This document shows positions 17,953-27,914 of a stretch of 64,000 nt of DNA, one piece after another. Source of the stretch: Parcubacteria group bacterium M10-OD1-1. Its GTDB lineage: Bacteria > Patescibacteriota > Minisyncoccia > Moranbacterales > UBA2206. Location of the stretch: NCBI GenBank assembly GCA_003056145.1, contig LSNL01000003.1, positions 137,993 to 201,992 of the forward strand, given 5' to 3'. Numbering within the stretch: the first letter of the stretch is position 1; each line of letters opens with the position of its first letter. The notes under the pieces were generated by a model. It did not search any database, was not told where the DNA came from, and saw nothing but the letters and a program-made list of their open reading frames with translations. A program made the position numbers and the translations under genes.

Positions 17953-18133
17953 AATTTTGAATAGTTTAATTATTTAAAAATAAAACGCCTAAAAATCATT
18001 TGATTTCGGGTCCTGAACAATCAGGAGGTTCCACCCGAATTCCTATAATCTTTAGGCACTCTTTAAGCTGTTTTGCCAGCTTACCACAGAAACTCCACGA
18101 TTGGTTAGTTCGTATCAAGGTTTCATTTCATTG
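17953..18133 (-). promoter_or_regulatory. candidate T-box leader of thrS
   Basis: On the - strand, about 90 nt upstream of the start, GAATTCGGGTGGAACC resembles the T-box consensus AAUUAGGGUGGNACC. It is followed by the hairpin CCTGA-ttgt-TCAGG and a T-rich tract. ACC (Thr) codons occur in the putative Stem I region. Confidence 0.35.
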
Positions 18134-18140
18134 TAAATAT

Positions 18141-18168
18141 ATTATATAACTTGCTGGAAATTAGTCAA
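18141..18168 (-). promoter_or_regulatory. sigma70 promoter of thrS
   Basis: On the - strand: TTGACT, 16-nt spacer, TATAAT; consensus. Confidence 0.55.
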
Positions 18169-18338
18169 ATTTTAAAAAATTAGGCGCGGATAATCTTAAT
18201 AAAAAAGTAAAAATCAGCTTAGCTTAATCTTTGTTTTCAGACAGAGAAAAGAATTTTTTAAAAGGGGGGCTTGTAAACATTTTAAAAATCCTTATAATAT
18301 AAATAAATAGGGGAGTTAATTATTTAAATAAAAATGTA

Positions 18339-18620
18339 ATGGCAAAAATGACAAAGGCACAAATGCTAACCGCTCTAGCGGAAAAAACTGGTTACACTAA
18401 AAAGGAAGTAGCTAGCTTTATGGATACTTTAGCTGAAATGGCGTATTCAGAGGTTAAAAAAAATGGAGAATTTATTCTTCCTGGATTTGGCAAATTAATT
18501 AAGGCCCATAGAAAAGCTAGAATGGGTGTTAATCCAGCTACTGGAGAAAAAATTAGTATTCCAGCTAAAACTGTAACTAAATTTAGATTAGCTAAAGCAG
18601 CTAAAGAAGCCGTTTTGTAA
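18339..18620 (+). CDS. hup: DNA-binding protein HU
   Basis: 93 aa; the GFGKF...RKARMGVNPATGEKISIPA arm motif is canonical HU/IHF. Confidence 0.9.
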   Translation: MAKMTKAQMLTALAEKTGYTKKEVASFMDTLAEMAYSEVKKNGEFILPGFGKLIKAHRKARMGVNPATGEKISIPAKTVTKFRLAKAAKEAVL

Positions 18621-18651
18621 TTTAAAAAAATAGTCTCAGTTATTTTTAAAA

Positions 18652-18688
18652 ACCATCTTACGAAAGTAAGATGGTTTTTTATTTTTAA
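18652..18688 (+). terminator. rho-independent terminator after hup
   Basis: ACCATCTTAC-gaaa-GTAAGATGGT perfect 10-bp stem with GNRA loop, then TTTTTTATTTTT. Confidence 0.7.
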
Positions 18689-18734
18689 TCTTGATATAAT
18701 AAAATTATTATAAAACTAAAATAACTTTAATAAT

Positions 18735-18932
18735 ATGGAACAAGACTTAGAAATAAAATTAGAAGCTCAAGATAGAAAGCTAGAGGAAATTTATAAATCT
18801 ATTGAAAGAATGCGGAAATATTTTCTTTGGACCTTGCTTATTACTATTGCTACTATTATTCTTCCCTTAGTAGCCTTTGCTTTTGTTATTCCTTGGTTTA
18901 TCAAAGCTATAACTTCGGCTTATGGAATATAA
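18735..18932 (+). CDS. small membrane protein (65 aa), hypothetical
   Basis: N-terminal charged/coiled segment plus one TM helix; no clear SD. Confidence 0.3.
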   Translation: MEQDLEIKLEAQDRKLEEIYKSIERMRKYFLWTLLITIATIILPLVAFAFVIPWFIKAITSAYGI

Positions 18933-18944
18933 AATAAGCAATAA

Positions 18945-19508
18945 TTGACTATGATAAAAGAAATAATTTTAAAAGATAAAAAAATAGAGTATAAAATTAG
19001 AAAAAGCAAAAAAGCTAAACATCTAAAATTAGTTATTAATAATAATGCTGAAATTTTAGTGGTTATTCCATGGAGATTAAGTAATCAAATAGCGGAAGAA
19101 TTTCTTTATCAAAAAATCGATTGGGTTTTAAAAATATTAAGGTCATTAAAAGATAAACCAGTTAGCTTAATATCTAAATCTAATGAAGAAGATTATCAAA
19201 AATATAAAAAATTAGCTCTAGAGGTGGTTAAGAAAAAAATAAATTATTTTAATACCTTTTATAAGTTTTCTTTTAATCGGATTACTATTAAAAATCAAAA
19301 AACTAGATGGGGTAGTTGCTCAATTCAAGGTAATTTAAACTTTAATTACAGAATAATATTTTTAAATGAAAAACTTTGCGATTATATCGTTGTCCACGAA
19401 TTATGCCACCTAAAAGAGATGAATCATTCTAAAAGATTCTGGGGTTTAGTAGCGAAGACTATTCTAGATCATAAAACTAGAAAAAAAATTATTAGAAGTT
19501 TGGAATAA
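18945..19508 (+). CDS. YgjP-like metal-dependent hydrolase (DUF45/M48-like, HExxH)
   Basis: WGSCS ... HELCHLKEMNHSKRFW signature of the YgjP/UTP-pyrophosphatase family. Confidence 0.7.
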   Translation: MTMIKEIILKDKKIEYKIRKSKKAKHLKLVINNNAEILVVIPWRLSNQIAEEFLYQKIDWVLKILRSLKDKPVSLISKSNEEDYQKYKKLALEVVKKKINYFNTFYKFSFNRITIKNQKTRWGSCSIQGNLNFNYRIIFLNEKLCDYIVVHELCHLKEMNHSKRFWGLVAKTILDHKTRKKIIRSLE

Positions 19509-19533
19509 GGTTAAAAGATAATAGTTTTACAAT

Positions 19534-22500
19534 TTAGCTAATTTCAATCTTACTATTAGGAGCTATTTTTAAAATAGTTTTTTCTAGCTCAAGATTATTT
19601 TCAATAGAATAGGGAGTTTCTAATTTGGCAGAGCCAATAGAGATATAGATTTTCATCTGACCAGTTTTACATTGACTAAAAAAAGTAGACAATTGTTGAA
19701 TAGTTTCTTTTTGAAAATGTTCTGGTAGGTAGATGATTAATTTAGAAGCAGAATTATTAAGTGTTTGGTCGGCAATTTGATTAGAGGAATTTTCGTTAGC
19801 TTTTTGAGTGGCTAAAATTCTTTGAAAATCATTTATTTCCTGTGGAGTAATAATTTTAATACTATCAGCTAAGAGTTTGTAGGTTCCGTCTTTGTCAGAT
19901 ATTTTTCCACTGGCAACAATAATCCTTTCTTCAGTCCAAAGTGAACCAGTAGCTTCAAAAATTTTAGGAAAAACTAAAATTTCTATACTAGCATTCATAT
20001 CTTCTAAAGTTACAAAAAGCATTTCTTTTTGGTTTTTTAAGTATATTTTTTTAATTTTAGCTATAATTCCTCCAATGCTAATATTTTGATTGATATGTTG
20101 ATCAGAAATATTCTTGATAGGTACAGTTATTTTTTGAAAATATTCTTGGTATTCTCTAATGGGATGGTCACTAATATAAAGTCCTAGTAATTCTTTTTCC
20201 CAACCTAAACGTTCTTTTTTAGAGGAAGCTTGAGTTTTAGCTAAACTAATATCAGGGAATTTAATGTCACTAGCTCCAAAAAGACTAACTTGATTAGAAT
20301 TTTTTATTTTCAGAAAGTTTTTGCTGTGAGTTAATATATTGTCAATAGAAGCAACTACTGCGTTTCTTTCAGCAAATTTTTCTAAAGCGCCAACTTTAGA
20401 TAAGGCTTCTACAGATTTTTTATTCAGATCTTTGTGTTCTACTCTTTCTATAAAATTAGTTAGACTAGTAAATTTGCCGTTTGTTTCTCTCTCTTTGACT
20501 ATTTCGTGAGCAATTGTATGTCCAACATTTTTTATAGCATTAAGTCCAAAACGGATTCTCTCAGTTTTTGTTTGAGGATCAATAATAACTGAGAATTCTT
20601 CAAAACTTTCATTGATATCAGGCGGTAAAACTTCAATTCCCATTTCTCGGCATTCAGCTACTTCAATAGCTACCCGGTCAATATTATCTTGATCAGAGGT
20701 TAATAAAGCAGCCATGAATTCAGATGGAAAGTGGGCTTTTAGATAGGCTGTTTGATATCCAATTAAGGCGTAACAAGCAGCGTGAGACCGATTGAAACCA
20801 TATCCAGCAAAAGGCTCAATGTAAGCAAAAACTTTTTCAGCTACTTTTTTATCAATTTTTTGCTTGATACAACCATCAATAAATTTAATTTTTTCTTTTC
20901 TAATTAAAGCAAAAACTTTTTTCCCCATAGCTTTTCTAAGTACATCAGCTTCTCCTAAGGAGAATCCAGCCAAGGCTTGGGCAATTTGCATGACCTGTTC
21001 TTGATAAACAGCTACACCGTAAGTTTTTTCTAAAATTGGTTTGAGCTTTGGATGTAGATAACGGATTTCTTTCTCTCCATGTTTTCTAGCGATAAAATCT
21101 GGAATCCAGTCCATTGGTCCAGGACGATATAAAGCCACCATTGCGATAATATCCTCAAGAACGTTAGGACGCAAAAGTTTTAGATATCTTTTCATTCCTG
21201 AGCTTTCTAACTGGAAAACACCAGTGGTTTTAGCCTGTTGTAAAAGCTCAAAAGTTTTTTTATTATCAGTAGGTATTTTTTCAATATCAATATCTTTTCC
21301 TTTAGTTCTTTTAACAATTCGTAAGGTATTTTGAATAATAGTTAAGTTTTTTAGACCTAAAAAATCCATTTTTAATAAACCAATTTTTTCAATGAAACTG
21401 TATTTAGTAGAAGAAGAATATTGAGTTACAACCCCAGAGCCTTTGCCAGTCATTTTTTGAATAGGCGTGTATTCTACGACTGGATTTTTAGTTATTACTA
21501 CTCCGCAAGCATGCATAGAAGCATGACGTACCACACCCTCTAATCGTTTAGCGGAATCAATAAGTTTTTTTCCGACTGGGTCTCCTTCATAAAGCATTTT
21601 AAAATCCTTAGAATTTTCTAAAGCCTCTGGAATAGTAGAAAACATTGGAATTAGTTTGGCAGTTTTATCACAAAAAGCGTAAGGAATATCTAACGCTCGT
21701 CCCGCATCTCTAATAGCGGCTCTGGCTGCCATAGTTCCGAAAGTAATGATTTGGGCTACATGATCATTGCCATATTTTTTTCGTACATAGTCTAAAACAT
21801 CATCTCTTCGGTCATCAGCAAAATCCATATCTACATCGGGCATAGAAATTCTTTCTGGGTTTAAAAATCTTTCAAAAAGTAAATCATATTCAATAGGATC
21901 TAAATTAGTAATTCCAATTAAATAAGAAACTAAACTTCCAGCCGCACTGCCACGACCAGGTCCAACTACAATTCCTTGTTTTTTCGCCCAATTCACAAAA
22001 TCTTGTACGATTAAAAAGTAAGAAGGATAGCCCATTTTGTTAATAATAGAAAGCTCATATTCTAAGCGTTGACGATATTCTTCGGTAATATTATCGCCAA
22101 ATTTTTCTCTTAAACCTTCTTCGGTTAAATGACGTAAATAACTTTTATCATCAAAACCTTGAGGAACTTCAAAAAATGGTAATTGGGTTTCTCCTAAAGA
22201 TATATCATAATTGCACTTAGCTACAATTTCTTGAGTATTAGCAATAGCTTCGGGTGTGTCCTTGAAATTATCAATCATTTCTTCGGATGATTTCATAGAC
22301 AAATCAAAATTTAAGAGATTCATTCTATTTTCTTCATGCACTTTACGATTCATCTGAATACAAAGTAAAATGTCTTGAGTTTTAGCGTCTTCTCGTCTAG
22401 CGTAATGAATATCTCCAGTAGCGACTACCGGAATACCAGTTTTTTGAGAAATTTCTAACAAGCCTTGATTAGCAATTTGTTGTTTTTCATAGTTAGGATG

Positions 22501-23040
22501 ATGTTGGAGCTCCATATAAAAATTTCCTTGACCAAAAACTTTCTCATACCATTGAGCAATTTCTGTAGCTTGGGGGATGCCTTTATTAATAATTGTTTGA
22601 GGAATTTCTCCTTGGATACAACCACTCATTCCAATTAGACCTTCTCCATATTTCGCTAGAATTTTTTTGTCAATTCTTGGTTTATAATAGAAACCTTCTA
22701 GGTGGGCGATAGAAACCAATTTCATTAGATTTTTGTAGCCAGTTTCATTTCTAACTAAAAGAGTAAGATGATAACGAGTTTTATCTTCTTGAGTATTATT
22801 TTTACTATGCCGACTACCAGCTGTTAAATACATTTCACAACCAATAATTGGCTTTATGCCTGCTTCTTTAGCTTTGATATAAAATTCTACAGCTCCATAC
22901 ATTACACCGTGGTCTGTTAGGGCTAAAGAGTCCATTCCAAGTTCTTTGGCTCGATTAATTAAATCATCAATTTTAGCTAAACCATCTAAAAGAGAATAAT
23001 GAGAATGGACATGAAGATGAGTAAATTTTTGTTGAAGCAT
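19534..23040 (-). CDS. dnaE: DNA polymerase III alpha subunit
   Basis: N-terminal PHP domain (HLHVHSHYSLLDG), polymerase core, OB fold; 1168 aa. Confidence 0.95.
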   Translation of the reverse strand: MLQQKFTHLHVHSHYSLLDGLAKIDDLINRAKELGMDSLALTDHGVMYGAVEFYIKAKEAGIKPIIGCEMYLTAGSRHSKNNTQEDKTRYHLTLLVRNETGYKNLMKLVSIAHLEGFYYKPRIDKKILAKYGEGLIGMSGCIQGEIPQTIINKGIPQATEIAQWYEKVFGQGNFYMELQHHPNYEKQQIANQGLLEISQKTGIPVVATGDIHYARREDAKTQDILLCIQMNRKVHEENRMNLLNFDLSMKSSEEMIDNFKDTPEAIANTQEIVAKCNYDISLGETQLPFFEVPQGFDDKSYLRHLTEEGLREKFGDNITEEYRQRLEYELSIINKMGYPSYFLIVQDFVNWAKKQGIVVGPGRGSAAGSLVSYLIGITNLDPIEYDLLFERFLNPERISMPDVDMDFADDRRDDVLDYVRKKYGNDHVAQIITFGTMAARAAIRDAGRALDIPYAFCDKTAKLIPMFSTIPEALENSKDFKMLYEGDPVGKKLIDSAKRLEGVVRHASMHACGVVITKNPVVEYTPIQKMTGKGSGVVTQYSSSTKYSFIEKIGLLKMDFLGLKNLTIIQNTLRIVKRTKGKDIDIEKIPTDNKKTFELLQQAKTTGVFQLESSGMKRYLKLLRPNVLEDIIAMVALYRPGPMDWIPDFIARKHGEKEIRYLHPKLKPILEKTYGVAVYQEQVMQIAQALAGFSLGEADVLRKAMGKKVFALIRKEKIKFIDGCIKQKIDKKVAEKVFAYIEPFAGYGFNRSHAACYALIGYQTAYLKAHFPSEFMAALLTSDQDNIDRVAIEVAECREMGIEVLPPDINESFEEFSVIIDPQTKTERIRFGLNAIKNVGHTIAHEIVKERETNGKFTSLTNFIERVEHKDLNKKSVEALSKVGALEKFAERNAVVASIDNILTHSKNFLKIKNSNQVSLFGASDIKFPDISLAKTQASSKKERLGWEKELLGLYISDHPIREYQEYFQKITVPIKNISDQHINQNISIGGIIAKIKKIYLKNQKEMLFVTLEDMNASIEILVFPKIFEATGSLWTEERIIVASGKISDKDGTYKLLADSIKIITPQEINDFQRILATQKANENSSNQIADQTLNNSASKLIIYLPEHFQKETIQQLSTFFSQCKTGQMKIYISIGSAKLETPYSIENNLELEKTILKIAPNSKIEIS

Positions 23041-23242
23041 AATTTTTGGAAAATAAAAAACCTAATCTTTAAAAAGACAAGGTTAAAATTATAAAAAATG
23101 AGAGACAAATAAATTCATTGTTTTTTATCTAACTGCATAGCTCTGATTGCTCAATGAGTTTTGCCAATTAGGATAATTTAAAGCTTTTTTATTATAGCAT
23201 ACCTAGTAATTTTATCCAGTTTCTCCAGAAAAAAATAAAAAA

Positions 23243-23271
23243 GAGTTGAGACAAAAATTTTGTCTCAACTC
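23243..23271 (-). terminator. rho-independent terminator (- strand)
   Basis: Perfect 14-bp palindrome GAGTTGAGACAAAA/TTTTGTCTCAACTC, followed on the - strand by TTTTTTATTTTTTT. Confidence 0.6.
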
Positions 23272-23278
23272 TTTATCG

Positions 23279-23485
23279 CTAGCGCCGACCAAGGTTGGTC
23301 GGTCGAGAAAGAATTCTCCCTCTTTTGTAAAAAAATATTAAGGATTTAATATATAGACACGGTAAAAATAATAGTATTTTTCTAATCGCAAAAACTACAA
23401 CTACCACTAGAAAAATAGGTATCAACAATATCGCAAAAAATGTTGCAATCATATCTCCCAAAAAAATCATTATTTCCTCCTTCAT
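23279..23485 (-). CDS. small hydrophobic ORF (68 aa), doubtful
   Basis: One TM helix; the 3' end is encoded by a perfect palindrome (CCGACCAAGGTTGGTCGG); no homology recognised. Confidence 0.2.
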   Translation of the reverse strand: MKEEIMIFLGDMIATFFAILLIPIFLVVVVVFAIRKILLFLPCLYIKSLIFFYKRGRILSRPTNLGRR

Positions 23486-23572
23486 TTTCTAATTTTTAAG
23501 AAACTAAAATTAAATTAGCTAGAGCTAATTCTCAAAGTAGTATATAATTAAATTAATTATAATGCAAGCTTT

Positions 23573-24292
23573 ATGCAAATACCAGATTGGAAAATTGAAG
23601 AAAAATTATGGCAAGATGGTTGGAACCTAATCATTGGAATTGATGAAGCGGGAAGAGGCCCGTTGGCTGGTCCAGTAGTGGCGTGCGCACTTGCCTTACG
23701 TAAACAAGAAAACCCTCAGTTAAGAACAACTGGCTTAATTGAAACCTCAGAAAGTTCTCAATTAATTGAAGAAAATGATAAAAATTGGGATTTGGTAAGA
23801 GATTCAAAAAAACTTTCTGCTCAGCAACGAGAAAGAATTTTTGATTTTATTCAAGATAATTTTTATGTTGGTGTTGGTATTTGTAATCATCAAACTATTG
23901 ATAGGATAAATATTTTACAATCTTCGTTCTTAGCTATGAAAGAAGCAATCACCAGTCTAGAAAAAAATATTCCTTTAATTAAGAAAAAATCTCAAGATAA
24001 TTTTAGAAATATTATTTTGGTTGATGGAAATAAAAAAATTCCTAATCTCAGTAGAGAACAGGAAGCGATTATTAGTGGAGATAAAATTGTGAAATCAATT
24101 TCGGCGGCTTCAATTATAGCTAAAGTTACTAGGGATAGAATAATGTTAAAAGCTCATAAAAAATATCCTCAATACCGGTTTGATAAACATAAGGGATACG
24201 GGACAAAAATTCATATGGAAGCACTCTCGCAATTTGGTCCCTGCGAAATCCATAGGCAAAGTTTTAAGCCAGTAAAGAGATGTTTGAAATAA
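23573..24292 (+). CDS. rnhB: ribonuclease HII
   Basis: IIGIDEAGRGPLAGPVV catalytic motif. Confidence 0.9.
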   Translation: MQIPDWKIEEKLWQDGWNLIIGIDEAGRGPLAGPVVACALALRKQENPQLRTTGLIETSESSQLIEENDKNWDLVRDSKKLSAQQRERIFDFIQDNFYVGVGICNHQTIDRINILQSSFLAMKEAITSLEKNIPLIKKKSQDNFRNIILVDGNKKIPNLSREQEAIISGDKIVKSISAASIIAKVTRDRIMLKAHKKYPQYRFDKHKGYGTKIHMEALSQFGPCEIHRQSFKPVKRCLK

Positions 24293-24365
24293 TTTAAAAG
24301 TGAGAATAGTAAAAGAGGCTATTTTTTCATCAATAGAGATGGATTAAGTTGATTTTATTAGTTAA

Positions 24366-25994
24366 ATGCGATACTATGGCGACATGAAAAAAGAAATTCA
24401 AAAAATGGTAAAAAAAGCTGTTCAAGAGCTTAAAAAAGAAAAAAAAGCTGAATTTAAGTTACCTGAAATTGAGATAGAATACTCTAAGAATATTATTTTT
24501 GGAGATTATACTACTAATATAGCGATGATTTTGGCTAAATCACTTAAAGAAAATCCGTTAATAATAGCTCACAAAATTATTCAACTGCTAGGAGAAAAAA
24601 AATTTTTGGCAAAAGTTGAAGCTGTAGCTCCTGGTTATATAAATTTTCATTTAGCAGAAAAATATCTTCAAACTAAATTAGAAGAAATTTATATACAAGA
24701 TAAAAAATTTGGGGATAGCACTATTGGTATCGGAAAAAAAGTTAATAATGAATTTATTTCGGCTAATCCTACTGGTCCCTTGCATCTTGGTAATGGCAGA
24801 GGAGGTTTTTATGGTGATGTTATTGGAAGGATATTAACTAAAGCTGGTTATTTAGTAACTAATGAATACTATGTTAATGATGCTGGAGAACAGATTATAA
24901 AATTAGGACATAGTGTACTAAAGGATCAGAAAGCAGTTTATCAAGGTGAATATATTGATGAATTACATAGAAAATTTTCTCTAGAAAAAGAGGCGAAAAC
25001 AATTGGACAAAAATCAGCTCAAGAAATATTAGAAAAAACAATTAAAAAAGTTGTTCAAGAGCAAATGAATATTAAAATTGATTCTTGGGTTTCAGAAGTA
25101 GCTATTCAAAAAGAACATTATATTGAGAAAGCCTTGGATATTTTTCAAAAGAAAAATTTAATTTATCAAAAAGAAGGAGCTACTTGGTTAAGAACTACTA
25201 AATTTGGCGACGATAAAGATAGAGTGCTAATTAAGAAAAATGGGCAAAAAACTTATTTTGCTTCAGACTGTGGCTATTTACTTAGTAAAAAAGAAAGAGG
25301 CTTTGATAAATTGATTGAAATTTGGGGAGCTGATCATCATGGTTATATGGCTAGATTTCAATCAGCTGCTCGTGCATTAGATTTTTTAGGAGAGCTAAAG
25401 TTTATCATTGTTCAATTGGTTCGTTTAGTCAAAGAAGGAAAAGAGGTTCGGATGTCAAAGCGGGCTGGTAATGTGGTTTATATTGATGAATTAATCAATG
25501 AAGTCGGTCAAGATGTAACGAGATTTTTTTTCTTAATGTATTCACCTAATACTCATATGGATTTTGACTTGGGACTAGCAAAAGAAAAATCGCAAAAAAA
25601 TCCAGTTTTTTATGTCCAATATGCTCATGCTAGAATTAGTTCTATTCTAAGAAAAAATAAATTAGATTTACAATCTTCCTTGGGATCTAAAAAAGTAAAT
25701 TTATCATTATTAAATCATCCGAAAGAATTAGAATTGATGAGAGAATTAAATAAATTTCCTGAATTAATAGAAGAGCTGGCTAATAATTTAGAGGTGCATA
25801 AATTACCTTATTACGCTACTAAATTGGCAGATAAGTTTCATTCGTTTTATGCTCAATGTCAAGTTAATGATAAAGATAATCAGGAACTTTCTTTAGCTAG
25901 ACAAAAACTAGTTAAAGCTGTTAAAATAGTATTAGCAGAAACTTTGAATCTGATTGGCGTAGAAGTTCCTGAACGAATGGAAAAACAAGATTAA
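24366..25994 (+). CDS. argS: arginyl-tRNA synthetase
   Basis: Class I HIGH-like motif (ANPTGPLHLGNGR), DALR anticodon-binding C-terminus; the start may instead be the ATG at 24384. Confidence 0.9.
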   Translation: MRYYGDMKKEIQKMVKKAVQELKKEKKAEFKLPEIEIEYSKNIIFGDYTTNIAMILAKSLKENPLIIAHKIIQLLGEKKFLAKVEAVAPGYINFHLAEKYLQTKLEEIYIQDKKFGDSTIGIGKKVNNEFISANPTGPLHLGNGRGGFYGDVIGRILTKAGYLVTNEYYVNDAGEQIIKLGHSVLKDQKAVYQGEYIDELHRKFSLEKEAKTIGQKSAQEILEKTIKKVVQEQMNIKIDSWVSEVAIQKEHYIEKALDIFQKKNLIYQKEGATWLRTTKFGDDKDRVLIKKNGQKTYFASDCGYLLSKKERGFDKLIEIWGADHHGYMARFQSAARALDFLGELKFIIVQLVRLVKEGKEVRMSKRAGNVVYIDELINEVGQDVTRFFFLMYSPNTHMDFDLGLAKEKSQKNPVFYVQYAHARISSILRKNKLDLQSSLGSKKVNLSLLNHPKELELMRELNKFPELIEELANNLEVHKLPYYATKLADKFHSFYAQCQVNDKDNQELSLARQKLVKAVKIVLAETLNLIGVEVPERMEKQD

Positions 25995-26022
25995 AAAAAT
26001 AGTGAAGTTCTAAAATAATTTT

Positions 26023-27186
26023 ATGAAAATAGGTATAGATGCTAGAACAATTTTAAATCCCGAAAAAGGTGAAGCAATTGGTATTGGGCATTACACTTAT
26101 CAGCTAATCCGTTACCTTTTACAAATTGATCAAGAAAATGAATATGTTCTTTTCTTTGATTTTAGGGTAAGAGAAAAAGATGTTAAAAAATTTACTAAAC
26201 CAAATGTTAAGATAAAATTTTATCCTTTTTCTGATTACAAAAAATATTTACCAGGTGCTTACAATGAAATTTTAGGATCAGCTACTCTTGCTAAAGAGCA
26301 TTTAGATGTTATACATACTACCTCTCCTTTGAGTAGAATTCCAATTAGTTATCGAGGAAAAACAATTGTTACCGTACATGATTTAGCAATTTATAAAGTG
26401 CCAGAAGTATTTCCAAAGATTAGGAGAACTAAAATGAAAGCCACACTCAGTTTAATGGTTAATAAAGCTAATAAAATAATTACTGTTTCAGAATCTACCA
26501 AAAAAGATGTAACGGAAATATTTCATTATCCAGAAAAAGATATTCAAGTAGTTCATAGTGGTTTTGATAAACGTCTTTTTGAAGAACCAAAAATTAGTCG
26601 GGAAAAAACTTTAGCCCAATATGGGGTTAATCATAACAAGAAATACATTTTATTTTTAGGTACTATTGAGCCAATCAAAAATATTACTAGACTTTTTGAA
26701 GCTTTCAAAAATTTTCAAGATCAATGGTTGAAGAAAAACAAAGAAAAAGAGTACCAGTTAGTTTTAGCTGGAAAAAACGGTTGGTTAGCTTCAGAATATA
26801 AACAAATAGCTAAAAATATAGGAATTGCTAAAGATGTTATTTTTACGGGATATGTAGTTGGCGATGAATTAGTGCCTCTCTTTAAAAATGCTGATTTTTT
26901 TATAATGCCATCCTTATATGAAGGATTTGGAATGACGGTTTTAGAGGCTTTTGCTACTAAAACTCCAGCTATTGTTTCTAATGTTTCTTCTATTCCAGAA
27001 GTAGCTGGCGAAGCAGCTTTATTGGTTGATCCTTGGAACGTAAAAGATATTACAGAAGCAATGATGAACTTTTCTCAAAATGAAGAGTTGAAAGATAAAT
27101 ATAGAAAATTAGGCAGTGAGCAATTAAAAAAATTTAATTGGGAAAAATGTGCTCGAGAAACGTTGGCTATTTATAAAAGTATTTAA
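26023..27186 (+). CDS. GT4-family glycosyltransferase
   Basis: C-terminal EGFGMTVLEAFATKTPAIVSNVSSIPEVAG motif of GT-B GT4 enzymes. Confidence 0.8.
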   Translation: MKIGIDARTILNPEKGEAIGIGHYTYQLIRYLLQIDQENEYVLFFDFRVREKDVKKFTKPNVKIKFYPFSDYKKYLPGAYNEILGSATLAKEHLDVIHTTSPLSRIPISYRGKTIVTVHDLAIYKVPEVFPKIRRTKMKATLSLMVNKANKIITVSESTKKDVTEIFHYPEKDIQVVHSGFDKRLFEEPKISREKTLAQYGVNHNKKYILFLGTIEPIKNITRLFEAFKNFQDQWLKKNKEKEYQLVLAGKNGWLASEYKQIAKNIGIAKDVIFTGYVVGDELVPLFKNADFFIMPSLYEGFGMTVLEAFATKTPAIVSNVSSIPEVAGEAALLVDPWNVKDITEAMMNFSQNEELKDKYRKLGSEQLKKFNWEKCARETLAIYKSI

Positions 27187-27300
27187 TTAAAATAAATATT
27201 ATCAAGCCAGCATATAAGTAATATTGACTTTATTACTGCAATAGGTTTAAAATAGAAAAATGATACTTGTAAAAAATATTAAAATTTTAATATAGAAAAA

Positions 27301-27612
27301 ATGTTTAAATCAATTACTAAAGAAGAAGCTGAAAAATTATTAGCTGAAAAAACTCAAGATAAAAATTTTGCTATCATAGATGTTCGTACACCTCAAGAAT
27401 TTGCTATGGGATATATTGGTGAGGCAATGAATATTGATTTGTATGATTCTGATTTTGTAGAAAAAATAAAAAAATTAGATAGAAATAAAGTTTATTTTAT
27501 CTATTGCAGGAGTGGTAGTCGATCTAAAGCCGCTTTGGAAGTAATGGAGCAAGTAGGTTTTGAAGAGGTATATGAATTGATGAACGGAATTTTAGATTGG
27601 AATTTTAGTTAA
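27301..27612 (+). CDS. rhodanese-domain protein
   Basis: 103 aa; rhodanese fold with active-site loop CRSGSRS. Confidence 0.8.
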   Translation: MFKSITKEEAEKLLAEKTQDKNFAIIDVRTPQEFAMGYIGEAMNIDLYDSDFVEKIKKLDRNKVYFIYCRSGSRSKAALEVMEQVGFEEVYELMNGILDWNFS

Positions 27613-27679
27613 AAATTTTAAAGGCGGTAGAAAGAGTTATCAACTCTTGAATTCTAATTCTTATTTTTAGAATACGCTA

Positions 27680-27825
27680 TGAAAAGAAATTCTTTATTTG
27701 ATAAAGAAGAGTAGAATTCATCGGGTAAGCCCGTAACAGCTATCATTAAGTTCTGGCTAGCCAGAAGAATTAAGGTGGTACCACGATTATTCGTCCTTAA
27801 ACATTTTGTGTTTAAGGTTTTTTAT
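27680..27825 (+). promoter_or_regulatory. T-box riboswitch leader of ileS (with intrinsic terminator)
   Basis: AATTAAGGTGGTACCACG matches the T-box consensus (AAUUAGGGUGGUACCGCG). It is immediately followed by the terminator CCTTAAACA-ttttg-TGTTTAAGG plus TTTTTT. AUC (Ile) followed by a purine occurs in the upstream stem region (GAATTCATCGGG). A putative promoter (TTGAAT, 15-nt spacer, TAGAAT) lies at 27647-27673. Confidence 0.6.
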
Positions 27826-27914
27826 TAACGGATCTAGATTTGTTTTAATAAAAATAAGGATTTATTGGAATAAATATAAATGGGTTATATATAAAAATTA
27901 AAAAAATTAAAATT

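Noticed and set aside
23279-23485. 68-aa ORF as a confident small-protein gene
   Set aside because: Kept only as a low-confidence feature. Its C-terminal codons coincide with a perfect 18-bp palindrome, and a 14-bp palindromic terminator follows. The ORF may be a by-product of these structured elements.
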